Shown in pieces: positions 20,337 through 30,014 of a stretch of 64,000 nt of DNA (positions are counted from its first letter, which is position 1; the number at the start of each line of letters is the position of its first letter). A program made the position numbers and the translations under genes. This DNA is from Vicinamibacteria bacterium (GTDB lineage Bacteria; Acidobacteriota; Vicinamibacteria; Marinacidobacterales; Marinacidobacteraceae), in the NCBI GenBank assembly GCA_963555995.3, contig OY821641.1, positions 832,001 to 896,000 on the forward strand, read 5' to 3'. The notes beneath the pieces are model-generated. The model was not told the origin of the DNA, searched no databases, and worked only from the letters and a program-made list of their open reading frames with translations.

Positions 20337-20520
20337 TAGCAGCCTGTGGCAAAACCCCCGCGGCATTCGACGGGCGATGCATCCCGGCTGAACCGCGCCT
20401 CTACGAGGCGCTCTGCGTTGCGTTTCGGTCGAATACACTCGGTTTTCCTCCCTCACGCGCCTTGTCAGCCGGGCGCCTCGCCCGTCTCGGTGCTCACGTG
20501 GGTTTCACCACAGGTTGTTA
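20337..20520 (-). mobile_element. MITE copy 3 (inverted)
   Basis: reverse complement of copy 1; its end supplies the TAA stop of the gene ending at 20518. Confidence 0.85.
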
Positions 20521-22686
20521 GTTGTTGTTCGGGCGTCGGCTGCCGCGGCTTCCCCCACTGCCGCCGCCGCCACGACTTACGGCGGCGCCGCCGCCGCCAC
20601 CGCCACCGCGGCTGACCGCGCTGCCGCCGCCGCTGGTACTCGACCCGCCACCCCGGCTGGCCGAAGCTCCGCTACTGCCGCCGAAACGGGAGAAACCGCT
20701 TGGCCGGCTTCGGGAACCCGCGCTCGGCCGGCTTCGCGAGCCCGCGCTCGGGCGGCTCCGCGAGCCCGCGCTCGGGCGGCTGCGGGAGCCCGCGCTGGGC
20801 CGGCTGCGGGAGGCGCCGCTGGGCCGGCTGCGGGAAGCGCCGCTGGGCCGGCTCCGGGAAGCCCCGCTGGGCCGGGCTCGGGAAGCCCCGCTGGGCCGGG
20901 CTCGGGAAGTTCCCGAGCGTCCGGTGGAAGTCGCCCCACTCCTGGGAGAGGCGGGCCGCACCGAGGAAGGCCGTCTGGCGCCGCTGTCGCCCGACCGTCC
21001 GCTGGCGCGCGGCCTGGGAGAGGTGGCGGGGCGATTCCCGGTCGTGGCGCGGCCGCGATTGGCCGACGGCCGTCCGGTTCGGCGTCCTGCCGTCGCCCGA
21101 CTGCTACCGGTAGCCCGGCGCGCGGCTGCCCGGGACCGGTCCGTTTCCGCGCTGCCGGCGCTCCCGTCCCGTCCTGCGACACCGCGGGACAGGATGGCGC
21201 GATCCCTTTCCGTCGCGTAGGACGACCGCGTACTGCGCGCGCGCGCGGCGCTCGTGGGAACGGCCACCCGCTGCGCCCGGGAAGTGCTGCGGGTGGAGCC
21301 GGCCGCGGCCCGGCGTGCGGTTGTCGGGGCTCGCGAGTTGGAGAGCCGCCGGGTGGTGGCCTTCGCCGACCGGGTCATGGCGGTTTCTCCGATCGCGCGT
21401 TGACGCAGACCGCGATCCAGTACCGCGCCTCCGGAAAGGACCTGGGCGTTTTCGACGTTGCGCAGGGTGGACGCCGCCAACCGGTTGCGCGAGGCGGGAC
21501 GCCCGATGGCGTCTCTACTGGTGAAACTCCACGCCTGCCGGTTCACGGACCCGCGTGGTACGGCTTTCCCGAGGACCTGTCCCCGACGGATTCGAGGGCG
21601 GTTTGCGTAGTACTGGTCACCCCAGCCGTAAGGACCGCCGTACCATCCGTGGAACGGATACACCGCATAGCCGTAGTAGCCGAGAGGAGACCAGCCGACC
21701 CAGTCGTATCCGTAGCTCCAGGAGACCCAGCCCGGGCCCCACACGGAACCCGGCAGCCAGTACCAGCCAAGGGGGCCGTGTCCCCACCGGCCGTAGTGAT
21801 ACGGAGCCCAACCCCAGGGGTCGTAGGAGATCCAGGTGATGCCGAACGGCGTGTGCGCCCATCGTCCGAGCCGGTAAGGCGCCCAGCCGGCGGTAACTGT
21901 CGGATACCAGACCCATCCCAGATGGACATCGTGGTGCCAGCGGCCATGTCCCTCGAGATCGGGAGCGTGCTCCCTGACTTCCTCGGGAAGTTCGTCGTAG
22001 TGCGTCTCCGCAGTGGTGACGAAGCGCCGCTGACGATCTTCGGCCCAGGCGAAGAAGCTGTCGTTACCAAGGTACTCCTCGGGCGGGGCCGGCGCCGTGC
22101 CTTCGGAAGCGACGGTCCGCTGACCGGACCCCACCAGCACCGAGCCCGACTCGGTGGATACGGTCGCGATGCCCGAGTAGACGACGAACTGCACCGTGCG
22201 GCCGTCTTCCAGAAGATCCGTTCGGTACTTACCCTCGCCCTGAGGGGAGAAGGTGCCGCCCGGTGTTTCCACGACCACGTCGGCATCGCCGCCGATCCAC
22301 ACGATGAGACTCCCGGTCCAGAACCCGAGCCGGTGCGGGCTGTCCCCTTCCACGTAGTCCAGCTTGGTTGCCTGGTCCATCCATGCCGTGACCCGGCCCG
22401 CGAAGCGCAGTTCGACCTGCCCGGGTTCCCGGGTCCAGATGCGGTCGCCGGGAAGGAAGGGGCTGCCCCTTTCCGCTTCGTGGGCGCCGAAATCGTCCGC
22501 CCGCTGGTGCCAGACATCGCCGTCGACGACGCTGAGATTCCCGTAGGTGTAGGACCGCCCGGTTTCCTCGTCGGACTGCGCGAGCGCCGCCGCGGAGTGG
22601 CCCAGGACGAGCAGCAGGCTCAGGATGCCTGCGTGCCGGAGGACCTTTTTTGGCCTTGGGTTTCGCCTGTTCGCTCTTTCGTGCAT
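20518..22686 (-). CDS. secreted FecR-like + DUF6600-type (Gly/Trp/Tyr-rich) protein with long Arg/Ser/Gly low-complexity tail
   Basis: signal peptide; GDRIWT..G.VEL FecR-like segment; GWAPYRLGRW, PWGWAPYHYGRW, WGPGWVSW; GGAGG SD before ATG 22686. Confidence 0.8.
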   Translation of the reverse strand: MHERANRRNPRPKKVLRHAGILSLLLVLGHSAAALAQSDEETGRSYTYGNLSVVDGDVWHQRADDFGAHEAERGSPFLPGDRIWTREPGQVELRFAGRVTAWMDQATKLDYVEGDSPHRLGFWTGSLIVWIGGDADVVVETPGGTFSPQGEGKYRTDLLEDGRTVQFVVYSGIATVSTESGSVLVGSGQRTVASEGTAPAPPEEYLGNDSFFAWAEDRQRRFVTTAETHYDELPEEVREHAPDLEGHGRWHHDVHLGWVWYPTVTAGWAPYRLGRWAHTPFGITWISYDPWGWAPYHYGRWGHGPLGWYWLPGSVWGPGWVSWSYGYDWVGWSPLGYYGYAVYPFHGWYGGPYGWGDQYYANRPRIRRGQVLGKAVPRGSVNRQAWSFTSRDAIGRPASRNRLAASTLRNVENAQVLSGGAVLDRGLRQRAIGETAMTRSAKATTRRLSNSRAPTTARRAAAGSTRSTSRAQRVAVPTSAARARSTRSSYATERDRAILSRGVAGRDGSAGSAETDRSRAAARRATGSSRATAGRRTGRPSANRGRATTGNRPATSPRPRASGRSGDSGARRPSSVRPASPRSGATSTGRSGTSRARPSGASRARPSGASRSRPSGASRSRPSGASRSRPSAGSRSRPSAGSRSRPSAGSRSRPSAGSRSRPSGFSRFGGSSGASASRGGGSSTSGGGSAVSRGGGGGGGAAVSRGGGGSGGSRGSRRPNNN
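20698..20913. repeat. coding tandem repeat, 9 x 24 bp (SRSRPSAG / SRARPSGA)
   Basis: 24-bp periodicity visible directly. Confidence 0.9.
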
Positions 22687-22721
22687 GGGCCACCTCCCCG
22701 AGGCTGCCACTTCCTGATGCC

Positions 22722-22736
22722 GCAATCCCTATGCCA
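22722..22736 (-). promoter_or_regulatory. sigma54 (-24/-12) promoter
   Basis: TGGCATAGGGATTGC matches TGGCA-N6-TTGC with exact spacing, about 35 nt upstream of ATG 22686. Confidence 0.7.
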
Positions 22737-22759
22737 GATTCCGCGCGACTGCCCCCGGG

Positions 22760-23176
22760 TCACCCGAGCCGGTCGAGGAACTCCGACGCCTGGAGCCGGG
22801 CGCGCGCCGCGCGGAACTTTCGCCAGGCCGGCCGGACGTCGCGGTCGCGATTGACCAGCCGCTCGAGCTTGCTGCCGTCGGGATCGTCTTCGAGCAGGGC
22901 TTCCAGCCGCCCCCGCATGTCTCCTTTCGGGAGGGACTCGACAAACGCGTCCTGCTCGCTCAGCGTGTCTTCCAGCCGGGGCTTCGGCACGGGGACGAAA
23001 CGGCCCCGGATGTCGGACTCCAACTGCCAGACGATTTCCTGCGTCGAGGGATCCTCGTGGTCTTCCGCGACGCTGACCATGCGGGAGGTGTCCCGGTCGT
23101 AGTAGTAGGTCCGTTCCGGGCCGTCGTCGACAAAGGCGGCGACCAGCGCCTCAAGCAGAGAAGGGTCGGTCTCCAC
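22760..23176 (-). CDS. UPF0158-family protein
   Basis: LEALVAAF..YYYDRDT, RFVPVP, FVESL..RLEALL, W..FR pattern; GTG start 23176 inferred. Confidence 0.7.
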   Translation of the reverse strand: METDPSLLEALVAAFVDDGPERTYYYDRDTSRMVSVAEDHEDPSTQEIVWQLESDIRGRFVPVPKPRLEDTLSEQDAFVESLPKGDMRGRLEALLEDDPDGSKLERLVNRDRDVRPAWRKFRAARARLQASEFLDRLG

Positions 23177-23295
23177 GGACTCGGAACCGTTGCAATGAAA
23201 ACTACGGGAGGGACGCCCCTCCGTGCGGGAGATTAAACGACAGACCCCGACCGCGCCAATCCCACCCCGCCGCAATCGTCCGATTCTGTGCGACT

Positions 23296-24279
23296 TCAGC
23301 GGCCCCGGCGACGCGTGGTGCGGGTCAGTTCGGGAGGATCGTTCGTGATCTGGAGCGTGTGGGTTTCGATGCCGCCCCCGCCCAACCGGACCCCCGCGAC
23401 CAGGGCGCCGTCAGTCACGCCGGCGGCGCAGAAGATCAGGCGCCGGCCGGGCGCCAATGCCTCCGTGGTCAGCACGCGCCCCACGTCCTCGACCCCGGTC
23501 TCCACGAGCCTCCGCTGCTCCGCTTCGTTCCGCACGAGGAGCTGCCCCAGCATTCCGCCGCCGAGGCACCGCAGCGCGGCCGCCGCAATCACGCCTTCCG
23601 GGGCGCCGCCCGATCCCATGGCCGCCTGAACTCCCGAATCCGGCATCGCGCTCAGAATTCCGGCGGAGAGGTCGCCGTCTCCGATCAGCCGCACCCGGGC
23701 GCCGGCGCGTCGCAGCCCGGCAATCAGCTCCTCGTGCCGGGGCCGCTCGAGCACGACCACTGTGATCTCGCTCGCGGGGAGGCCCTCGGCCTCGGCGATC
23801 GCGCCCACGTTGTGTTCGGGAGCGTGCTCGAGCCGGATGGCGTCCCCGAGGAGGTCCCGGCTGGCCGGACCCACCATGATCTTCTCCATGTAGACATCGG
23901 GCGCGGTGAGGAGCCCCCCGCGTTCCGAACCGGCGAGCACCGCGATGGCCCCGGGTCCGCCGGTGGCGCAGAGATTCGTCCCTTCCAGGGGGTCCACCGC
24001 GATGTCCAGTTCGGGGGCTCCTTCCCCGCCGCTGCCGAACCGCTCGCCACTCCACAACATGGGAGCCTGGTCCCGCTCGCCCTCGCCGATCACCACCCGC
24101 CCCCGGACCGGCACGGTGTCGAGGATCCGGCGCATGGCGGAGACCGCGACCTGATCCGAATGGCGGCGGTCTCCCAGGCCGATCGTGGGGGCGCAGGCGA
24201 CGGCCGCTTCCTCCACCGTGCGGACCAGGTGGGAGCCGGCGACGGCCAGCGGGCCGTCAGCCGTCGTCCCGCCGCTCAA
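23296..24279 (-). CDS. glpX: class II fructose-1,6-bisphosphatase
   Basis: VIGEGERDQAPML, DIAVDPLEGT, APDVYMEK, ERPRH, IGDGD, GGAPEGV; TTG start overlaps the upstream stop. Confidence 0.93.
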   Translation of the reverse strand: MSGGTTADGPLAVAGSHLVRTVEEAAVACAPTIGLGDRRHSDQVAVSAMRRILDTVPVRGRVVIGEGERDQAPMLWSGERFGSGGEGAPELDIAVDPLEGTNLCATGGPGAIAVLAGSERGGLLTAPDVYMEKIMVGPASRDLLGDAIRLEHAPEHNVGAIAEAEGLPASEITVVVLERPRHEELIAGLRRAGARVRLIGDGDLSAGILSAMPDSGVQAAMGSGGAPEGVIAAAALRCLGGGMLGQLLVRNEAEQRRLVETGVEDVGRVLTTEALAPGRRLIFCAAGVTDGALVAGVRLGGGGIETHTLQITNDPPELTRTTRRRGR

Positions 24280-25490
24280 TGTTCCTCCGGCGGCGGGAGG
24301 CTGACCCGGGTGGGGCGGTCCCGCCGGTAGCCCAGGGCGTAGTCGGCCTGCATCAGGGTGTGGATCTCCCGGGTTCCCTCGTAGATCACGGCGCCCTTGG
24401 AGTTCCGCCAGAAGCGCCCCACCGGATACTCGTCCGAATACCCGTAGGACCCGTGGATCTGGATGGCGTCCGATGCGGCCCTTTCGGAGGCGACCGTGGA
24501 GACCCACTTCGCCAGCGAGGTCTCGCGGGTGTTCCGGCGTCCGCGATTCTTCAGCTCGCCGGCGCGGAGCCACAACAGCCGGCTCACCTCGTAGTCGCGC
24601 TCCATGTTCGCGATCATCTGCTTGACGAGTTGGTGCCGGCCGATCTCCTGACCGAAGGTGGTGCGGGACCGCGCCCAGCGCGCGCTCTCGTCGCGGCAGG
24701 CGCGGATCAGTCCGGTGGCGCCGGCGGCGACCGTGTAGCGGCCCTGGTCGAGGGCGAACATGGCGATCTTGAAGCCCTCGCCCTCCTCCCCGAGCCGGTT
24801 CCCGGCCGGGACGCGGACGTCATGCATGCGGAACCAGCCGGTGTTTCCGGCGCGAATCCCCCATTTGTGGGTCATGTTTCCGGACTCGAAGCCAGGAAAG
24901 GAGCGCTCCACGATGAAGGCCGAGAGTCCCGAATGGTCCCGGCGAGCCCGCTTGTCGGGATCCGTCCAGGCGATCACGAGGAAGTTGTCGGCAATCTCGG
25001 CCAGGGAGATCCAGTGTTTTTCCCCGGTGAGCACGTAGTCGGAACCGTCGCGCCGCGCCGTGGCCCGGATCCCCACCGCGTCGCTTCCGGCGTCCGGTTC
25101 GGTAAGCCCGTAGGTGGCGATCTGCTTCCCTTCCGCCTGCGGCCGCAGGTAGCGGTCCTTCTGCGCCTCGCTGCCCCAGGCGAGGAGCGAGAGGGAGTTC
25201 AGACCGGCATGCACGGACATGATGACCCGCAGCGAGGTGTCGACGTACTCGAGTTCCTCGCAGGCGAGCCCGAGCGAGATGTAGTCGAGTCCGGCGCCGC
25301 CGTAGCGCTCGGGAACCGATATCCCCAGGATGCCGAGTTCTCCGAGTCCCGTCAGGATTTTGCGATCGAACACCTTGGCGGCATCGTTTTCGCGGATATG
25401 CGGCGCCACCTCGCGGGCGGCGAACTCGCGAACCAGCGACTCCGTCGCGCGGTGTTCCTCGGTCAGATCGAAGTTCAGACGCTCAGCCAA
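24276..25490 (-). CDS. acyl-CoA dehydrogenase
   Basis: YGLTEPDAGSDA, GEKHWIS, GEEGEGFKIAM, QIHGSYGY, IYEGTREI. Confidence 0.95.
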   Translation of the reverse strand: MAERLNFDLTEEHRATESLVREFAAREVAPHIRENDAAKVFDRKILTGLGELGILGISVPERYGGAGLDYISLGLACEELEYVDTSLRVIMSVHAGLNSLSLLAWGSEAQKDRYLRPQAEGKQIATYGLTEPDAGSDAVGIRATARRDGSDYVLTGEKHWISLAEIADNFLVIAWTDPDKRARRDHSGLSAFIVERSFPGFESGNMTHKWGIRAGNTGWFRMHDVRVPAGNRLGEEGEGFKIAMFALDQGRYTVAAGATGLIRACRDESARWARSRTTFGQEIGRHQLVKQMIANMERDYEVSRLLWLRAGELKNRGRRNTRETSLAKWVSTVASERAASDAIQIHGSYGYSDEYPVGRFWRNSKGAVIYEGTREIHTLMQADYALGYRRDRPTRVSLPPPEEH

Positions 25491-25613
25491 CGTTCCCTTG
25501 CCTTTCCGGTCGTGCCGGTTCCTTCCCTGTCGCCTGCGTCCCGCCGGCGCGGAGCGCGGAGTATACGGCGCGGCTTCGGGTCGTTTCCCGGTGCGGCGCG
25601 GGGGCCGGGACGA

Positions 25614-27209
25614 TCAGATTCCGCTCGCCAGGGCGGCCGCCGCCGCTTCGGCCTCGGCCTTGCGTTTGCTGGGGCCGACCCCCCTTCCGAGGGCGCGGCG
25701 GCCCGCGAGCACTTCCATGACAAAGGTCTTTTCGTGCTCCGGGCCGCTCTCCGAGATGAGTCGGTACACGGGGAGGCGACCCTCTTTCTTCACGAGCGCC
25801 TCCTGCAGGGTCCCCTTCGGATTTTCGGTCGCGGCGACGGCCGTTGGGCTCTTCCCGGCCGCTCCTCGTCGTGGTCGGCTCCGCCTGCGGGCGGACCGGC
25901 GTTCGAGCCGTTCGAGAGCCCGCCGCGCGGCGTCCTTCTCGGCCTCCTTGAGGCCTCGCCCAACCCCGGTTTCGACGAGTCCATCGGCCAGCCGCAGGGT
26001 CACGGACACCGTCCCGTCGCTCCGCGAGCTGCGCGGTCCGCGTTTGGGCTCGTACCTGGGAGTCTCCTTGCCCGCCTGGGCGAGGCGGTTCTGGAGCAGC
26101 GTCTTGGGGTCGAGGAGTTCCAGGTCGGGATCCCGGAGCTCCTCGAGGGCGGTTGCGAACGGCCGGCCCAGGGCCCGGCGGGCGGCCTCCAGGCGGCCGT
26201 CCAGGTAGAGCGCCCCCATCACGGCCTCCGCGGTGGCCGCGGCGTCGTCCGCGTCCCCGAGTGACCAGTGTTCGTTCAGCGTGCGGGTGAACTCCCGGCT
26301 TTCGAGCCGCATCCGGGCGAGGGTCATCCTCCCCTCGTCCCACTCGGGGAATTGGTCATGAAGCGCCTCGGCCAGCACCAGGTGAAGGACATCCCGCCCG
26401 AGGAAGCGCAGTGCGGGCCGGTTCACCGATCGGGCCGCTCCCGGAGGTCTCGGGGACCCGAGGGACGGGCGCCGCCGCCCCCGCGTTCGCCGCTTTCTGC
26501 CCCGGCGGTTCCTGGAGGCGCGTTCCCGGCCCGCGTCACCCGGGTCGAGCGCCGCGGCCAGGATTCCGGGATCGGCGAAGGTGTATCCGAGGGCGCGTTC
26601 GACCCTCTTGCGCAACAGGAGGAGACGGCGGGCGAACCGGATGCCGAGCGGGCCGATGGATCGCAGTCCGCTGCCGGCTCGACGGACCCATCCCGGAACG
26701 CCTTCCGGCGGCTTCAGCCGGAGCCGCTGCAGCTTCTGCCTGAAGGCCACGCCCAGGACGCCGCGCGCCGCCGGCATCCCGCCGTCGAGATAGGCGGCCC
26801 CGAGGACGGCTTCGAAGACGTTGGCGAGGATGCGGTCGGAAGATCGGACTTCTTCACCGGCGTTGCGCCCGCGGCCGACCCGAATGCCCTCGTCCAGCGA
26901 GAGGGCGCGGGCCGCCGCGGCCAGCGACTGGTTGCTCACCAGTTCCGACTTGGTCTCCTGCCGCCGTTGTCCGTCCCAGTTCGGCCGCTGGAAATGCATG
27001 GACTCGGTCACCACGAGTCCGAGCGCCGCGTCGCCGACGAATTCCAGCCTTTCGTAGTCCGCGACCGCGTGGTCGTTTCGATAGGAGCCGTGCGTCAGGG
27101 CTTCCTCGAGAAGCTCGAGGTCCTGGAAGCGGTACCCCAGATCCCGGGCGAACTCGAGGACCGGCCGGTGTTCGGATGCCGGCGCCCGCCGTCTTCGTCT
27201 GCGGGCCAT
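25614..27209 (-). CDS. rnc: ribonuclease III with tandem RNase III domains (second degenerate) and two dsRBDs
   Basis: domain 1: LGYRF..ALTH, ERLEFVGD, FEAVLGAAYLDGG; domain 2: LGYTF, ALRFLGR, AEAVMGALYLDG; dsRBDs: DPKTLLQ..KEAEKDAA and NPKGTLQE..GPEH..SKRKAEAEAA. Confidence 0.88.
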   Translation of the reverse strand: MARRRRRRAPASEHRPVLEFARDLGYRFQDLELLEEALTHGSYRNDHAVADYERLEFVGDAALGLVVTESMHFQRPNWDGQRRQETKSELVSNQSLAAAARALSLDEGIRVGRGRNAGEEVRSSDRILANVFEAVLGAAYLDGGMPAARGVLGVAFRQKLQRLRLKPPEGVPGWVRRAGSGLRSIGPLGIRFARRLLLLRKRVERALGYTFADPGILAAALDPGDAGRERASRNRRGRKRRTRGRRRPSLGSPRPPGAARSVNRPALRFLGRDVLHLVLAEALHDQFPEWDEGRMTLARMRLESREFTRTLNEHWSLGDADDAAATAEAVMGALYLDGRLEAARRALGRPFATALEELRDPDLELLDPKTLLQNRLAQAGKETPRYEPKRGPRSSRSDGTVSVTLRLADGLVETGVGRGLKEAEKDAARRALERLERRSARRRSRPRRGAAGKSPTAVAATENPKGTLQEALVKKEGRLPVYRLISESGPEHEKTFVMEVLAGRRALGRGVGPSKRKAEAEAAAAALASGI

Positions 27210-27210
27210 C

Positions 27211-29457
27211 TCAGTCCACCCGAACCAGGACCATCGTCAGATCGTCCGAGTGGGTCTCGGTGCCGGTGAACTCGAGGACCGCGTCTTCGACCGTCCGCTG
27301 GAGGTCCGCCGGGGTGAGGGCCGCTCCCTCTTCGAGGAGCCGCATCAGCCGTTCCTCGCCGAACATGTCGGATTCCGCGTTCATGGCCTCCGAGACGCCG
27401 TCGGTGAAGAAGAGCCAGGTCTCGCCTCCCCGGAGGCGTTCCGAGCGCTCTTCCAGGATCTCGTCGAAGACCGGCCCGGGATCGAGGGCCAGCCCGAGCC
27501 CAGGGGGAGCGAGCGCTTCCGAGCGGGGCCAGTGGCCGTCCCGCTGGACCAGATGCAGAAGCGGACTGTGGCCGGCCCGCGCAAACGTGACCAGCCGCTC
27601 CGCGGAATCGAATACCGCATAGGTGATGGTGATGAAGGTCCGTGAATCGAGCGCGGTGTGCAGGACCTGGTTCGCCTCGACCAGCACCTTGCGGGGGGAC
27701 TCGTGGATGCGGCTCAGGGCGAGCATCAGTCCCTTGAGTTCGGCCATGATGAACGCCGCCCGCGTCCCGGTGCCGGAGACATCGGCAATCACCACCCCGA
27801 GCCGATTCGGTCCGAGCGGGATCAGGTCGTAGTAGTCGCCCCCAACCTCGGTGGCGGGGCGGCAGACGGCGGAGACCGCGAATCCCGGCACCGAGACGGA
27901 TCCCTCGAGAGGGAGAAGGCGCGACTGGGACTGCCGCGCGGTCTCCATTTCCTGTTCGAGTACCGCCGCGCGCCGGAGACGCCCCATGTCGTCGGCGATC
28001 TTGGCGGTCATGATGTTGAACGAGCTCGCGAGCTCGCCGAGCTGATCGGGTGAGGCGACGCGTACCTGGTGGCCGAAATTCCCGCCGCGGACGAGCTCGG
28101 TCCCCTGGCTCAGTGCTTCGACGGACCGGGTGATCGAGCGCGCGAGCCGGAGTCCGGCGGAGAACGCGACGCACTCGATGAGCACGAACACGATGCCGAG
28201 CCCGCCGAGCACCAGGAGCAGACCGCTCCGCCAGTCCGGGTTGCTGATTGCCACGGACTCCGCGAGTCCGCCGGTGGTCCCCTGGATCAGGTGAATCGGG
28301 GCGAAGCCGATGGCCACCACGACCGTGCCTCCCTCCATCCCGGGACCCCAGGGGACGGCCTCGAGCAGCAGGGGTTCGTCCCAGTCGATCGTGAAGCGGT
28401 CCTCGTCCGTTCGCGACAGCGGGGCCGGAGCCGGTGGTTCCTCGTTCTGGTCTCCGAGATAGAGCGCCCAGACGGTCCGGACGATCAGGTCCTCCTCCCG
28501 CGCGCTCGCTTCGAGGAGCGGCGCGAGCGGCGCCAGAACCACCGCCAGGCGGTTCCCCCGGAGCCCGGGAAAGACCGCGCCGAACCATTCGGTGTCCTCC
28601 ATCTGGACCACGCCCTCGTAGGGCGCGAGCGCCCATTCCGGCACCGGATCGGACTCGCGAAGCGGTCCTCCGGCATCCGAACCGGTCAGTCGGACAATGC
28701 GCCCCTCCTCGATCTCAAGGTACCAGGCTGCCGCCCCGGGGGCGAACGGAGCGACCCGCGCCGCTGCCCCCCGGAGGCCGCGGGCGATCTCTGCGGGGTC
28801 CGCATCCGGTGAAATCTCAAGCAGGGTCTGCTGGGCGGCGGAAGCGAACGCGGTGCCCCGGGCCGCCAGGTTCGCCTGGAAGGCATAGGAGCCGAACAAC
28901 CCGAGCACCACGTAGAAGGCGAGCAGGAAGAAGGACGTGAGGAGCAGGACCGGCAGGAGCCCGACGAAGAGGTAGGAAACCGCCAGCTTCCGGCGGACGG
29001 GGTAGAGGAGCCAGCCGAGGAGATCGCGCCCGAAGTAGACGAGCACCGCGCCCAGGGTGATGACGAAGACCATCCACGCGTCCGCCGACCAGGAAGGGGG
29101 CAGCGCGCCTGCCGAGGAGAGGGAGGCGACGGCCCCGACCCCGAGCAGGAATCGGCCGGGCCACGAGCCGGTGAGCGCCTTTGCCGCGCGTTCCAGACCC
29201 CTCACGAGGGACCTGGGATGGGCGGACGCCGCCGGAGGCGGAACGGAAGGGGAGGCCGGTCTGGCGGGTCGCTCCGCGGACTTTGCGGGGTCTTGGTTGG
29301 AGATGTTCGGGAGTGCGGGTGTCTGAGGGACGGCCGTTGGCCGGATTGCCGGGTCCGGGGCGCTTCCCGGCGGGGTCCGGTTCGGCGTCCCCGGGGTTGC
29401 GCGCGCTCGCACTCGAAACCCGAGGGCCCGGCGCCGTTCGCCGGGCGGAGGATCCAC
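27211..29457 (-). CDS. membrane HAMP + SpoIIE/PP2C protein phosphatase (RsbU-like); real start probably downstream of 29457
   Basis: TM helices, HAMP (DQLGELASSFN), EVGGDYYD, IADVSG, FTDGVSEA, DDLT. Confidence 0.9.
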   Translation of the reverse strand: MDPPPGERRRALGFRVRARATPGTPNRTPPGSAPDPAIRPTAVPQTPALPNISNQDPAKSAERPARPASPSVPPPAASAHPRSLVRGLERAAKALTGSWPGRFLLGVGAVASLSSAGALPPSWSADAWMVFVITLGAVLVYFGRDLLGWLLYPVRRKLAVSYLFVGLLPVLLLTSFFLLAFYVVLGLFGSYAFQANLAARGTAFASAAQQTLLEISPDADPAEIARGLRGAAARVAPFAPGAAAWYLEIEEGRIVRLTGSDAGGPLRESDPVPEWALAPYEGVVQMEDTEWFGAVFPGLRGNRLAVVLAPLAPLLEASAREEDLIVRTVWALYLGDQNEEPPAPAPLSRTDEDRFTIDWDEPLLLEAVPWGPGMEGGTVVVAIGFAPIHLIQGTTGGLAESVAISNPDWRSGLLLVLGGLGIVFVLIECVAFSAGLRLARSITRSVEALSQGTELVRGGNFGHQVRVASPDQLGELASSFNIMTAKIADDMGRLRRAAVLEQEMETARQSQSRLLPLEGSVSVPGFAVSAVCRPATEVGGDYYDLIPLGPNRLGVVIADVSGTGTRAAFIMAELKGLMLALSRIHESPRKVLVEANQVLHTALDSRTFITITYAVFDSAERLVTFARAGHSPLLHLVQRDGHWPRSEALAPPGLGLALDPGPVFDEILEERSERLRGGETWLFFTDGVSEAMNAESDMFGEERLMRLLEEGAALTPADLQRTVEDAVLEFTGTETHSDDLTMVLVRVD

Positions 29458-29647
29458 CGGAGCGCGGTACGGCGCCGAGACACCGGGTCTGGCGGCGGTT
29501 CTGACGGGCAGGATGCGGCCGACCGGCCAGTTCCGCCAGGCTAGGCCCCGCCTGGAAATGGCCCGGTTACCGCAACGCGGATCGGAAGCGCCGGCGAGCG
29601 CCGGTCCGCCGAAGACGGGCCGACACCCCGAGTGCTCGGAGGAAGTC

Positions 29648-30014
29648 TAGCAGCCTGTGGTGGAACCCCCGTGAGCGCCGAGAGCGGTGAGGCACCCCGC
29701 TGACGAGGCGCGCAACAGCCTGTGGTGGAACTCGCGTGAGCACCGAGAACGGCGAGGCGCCCGGCTGACAAGGCGCGTGAGGGAGGAATACCGGGCGTAT
29801 TCCGACCGAAGCGCAACGATGAGGACCGCGTAGCGGGCCGGTTCAGCCGGGATGCATCGCCGTTCGAATGCCGTGGGAGTTTCACTGCGGGCTGTTCAAG
29901 GAGGAATACCGAGTGTATTCCGACCGAAACGCAACGCCGAGCGCCGCACAGCGGCGGGTTCCGCGGGGATGCATCGCCGCTCGAACGCCGCGAGAGTTTT
30001 GCCACCGGTTGCTG
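29648..30014 (+). mobile_element. nested MITE: full copy (29715-29895) inside a second copy (29650-29713 plus 29898-30012)
   Basis: outer left part stops at ..GAGGCGCG and resumes at AGGAGGAATAC after a complete inner element. Confidence 0.8.
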
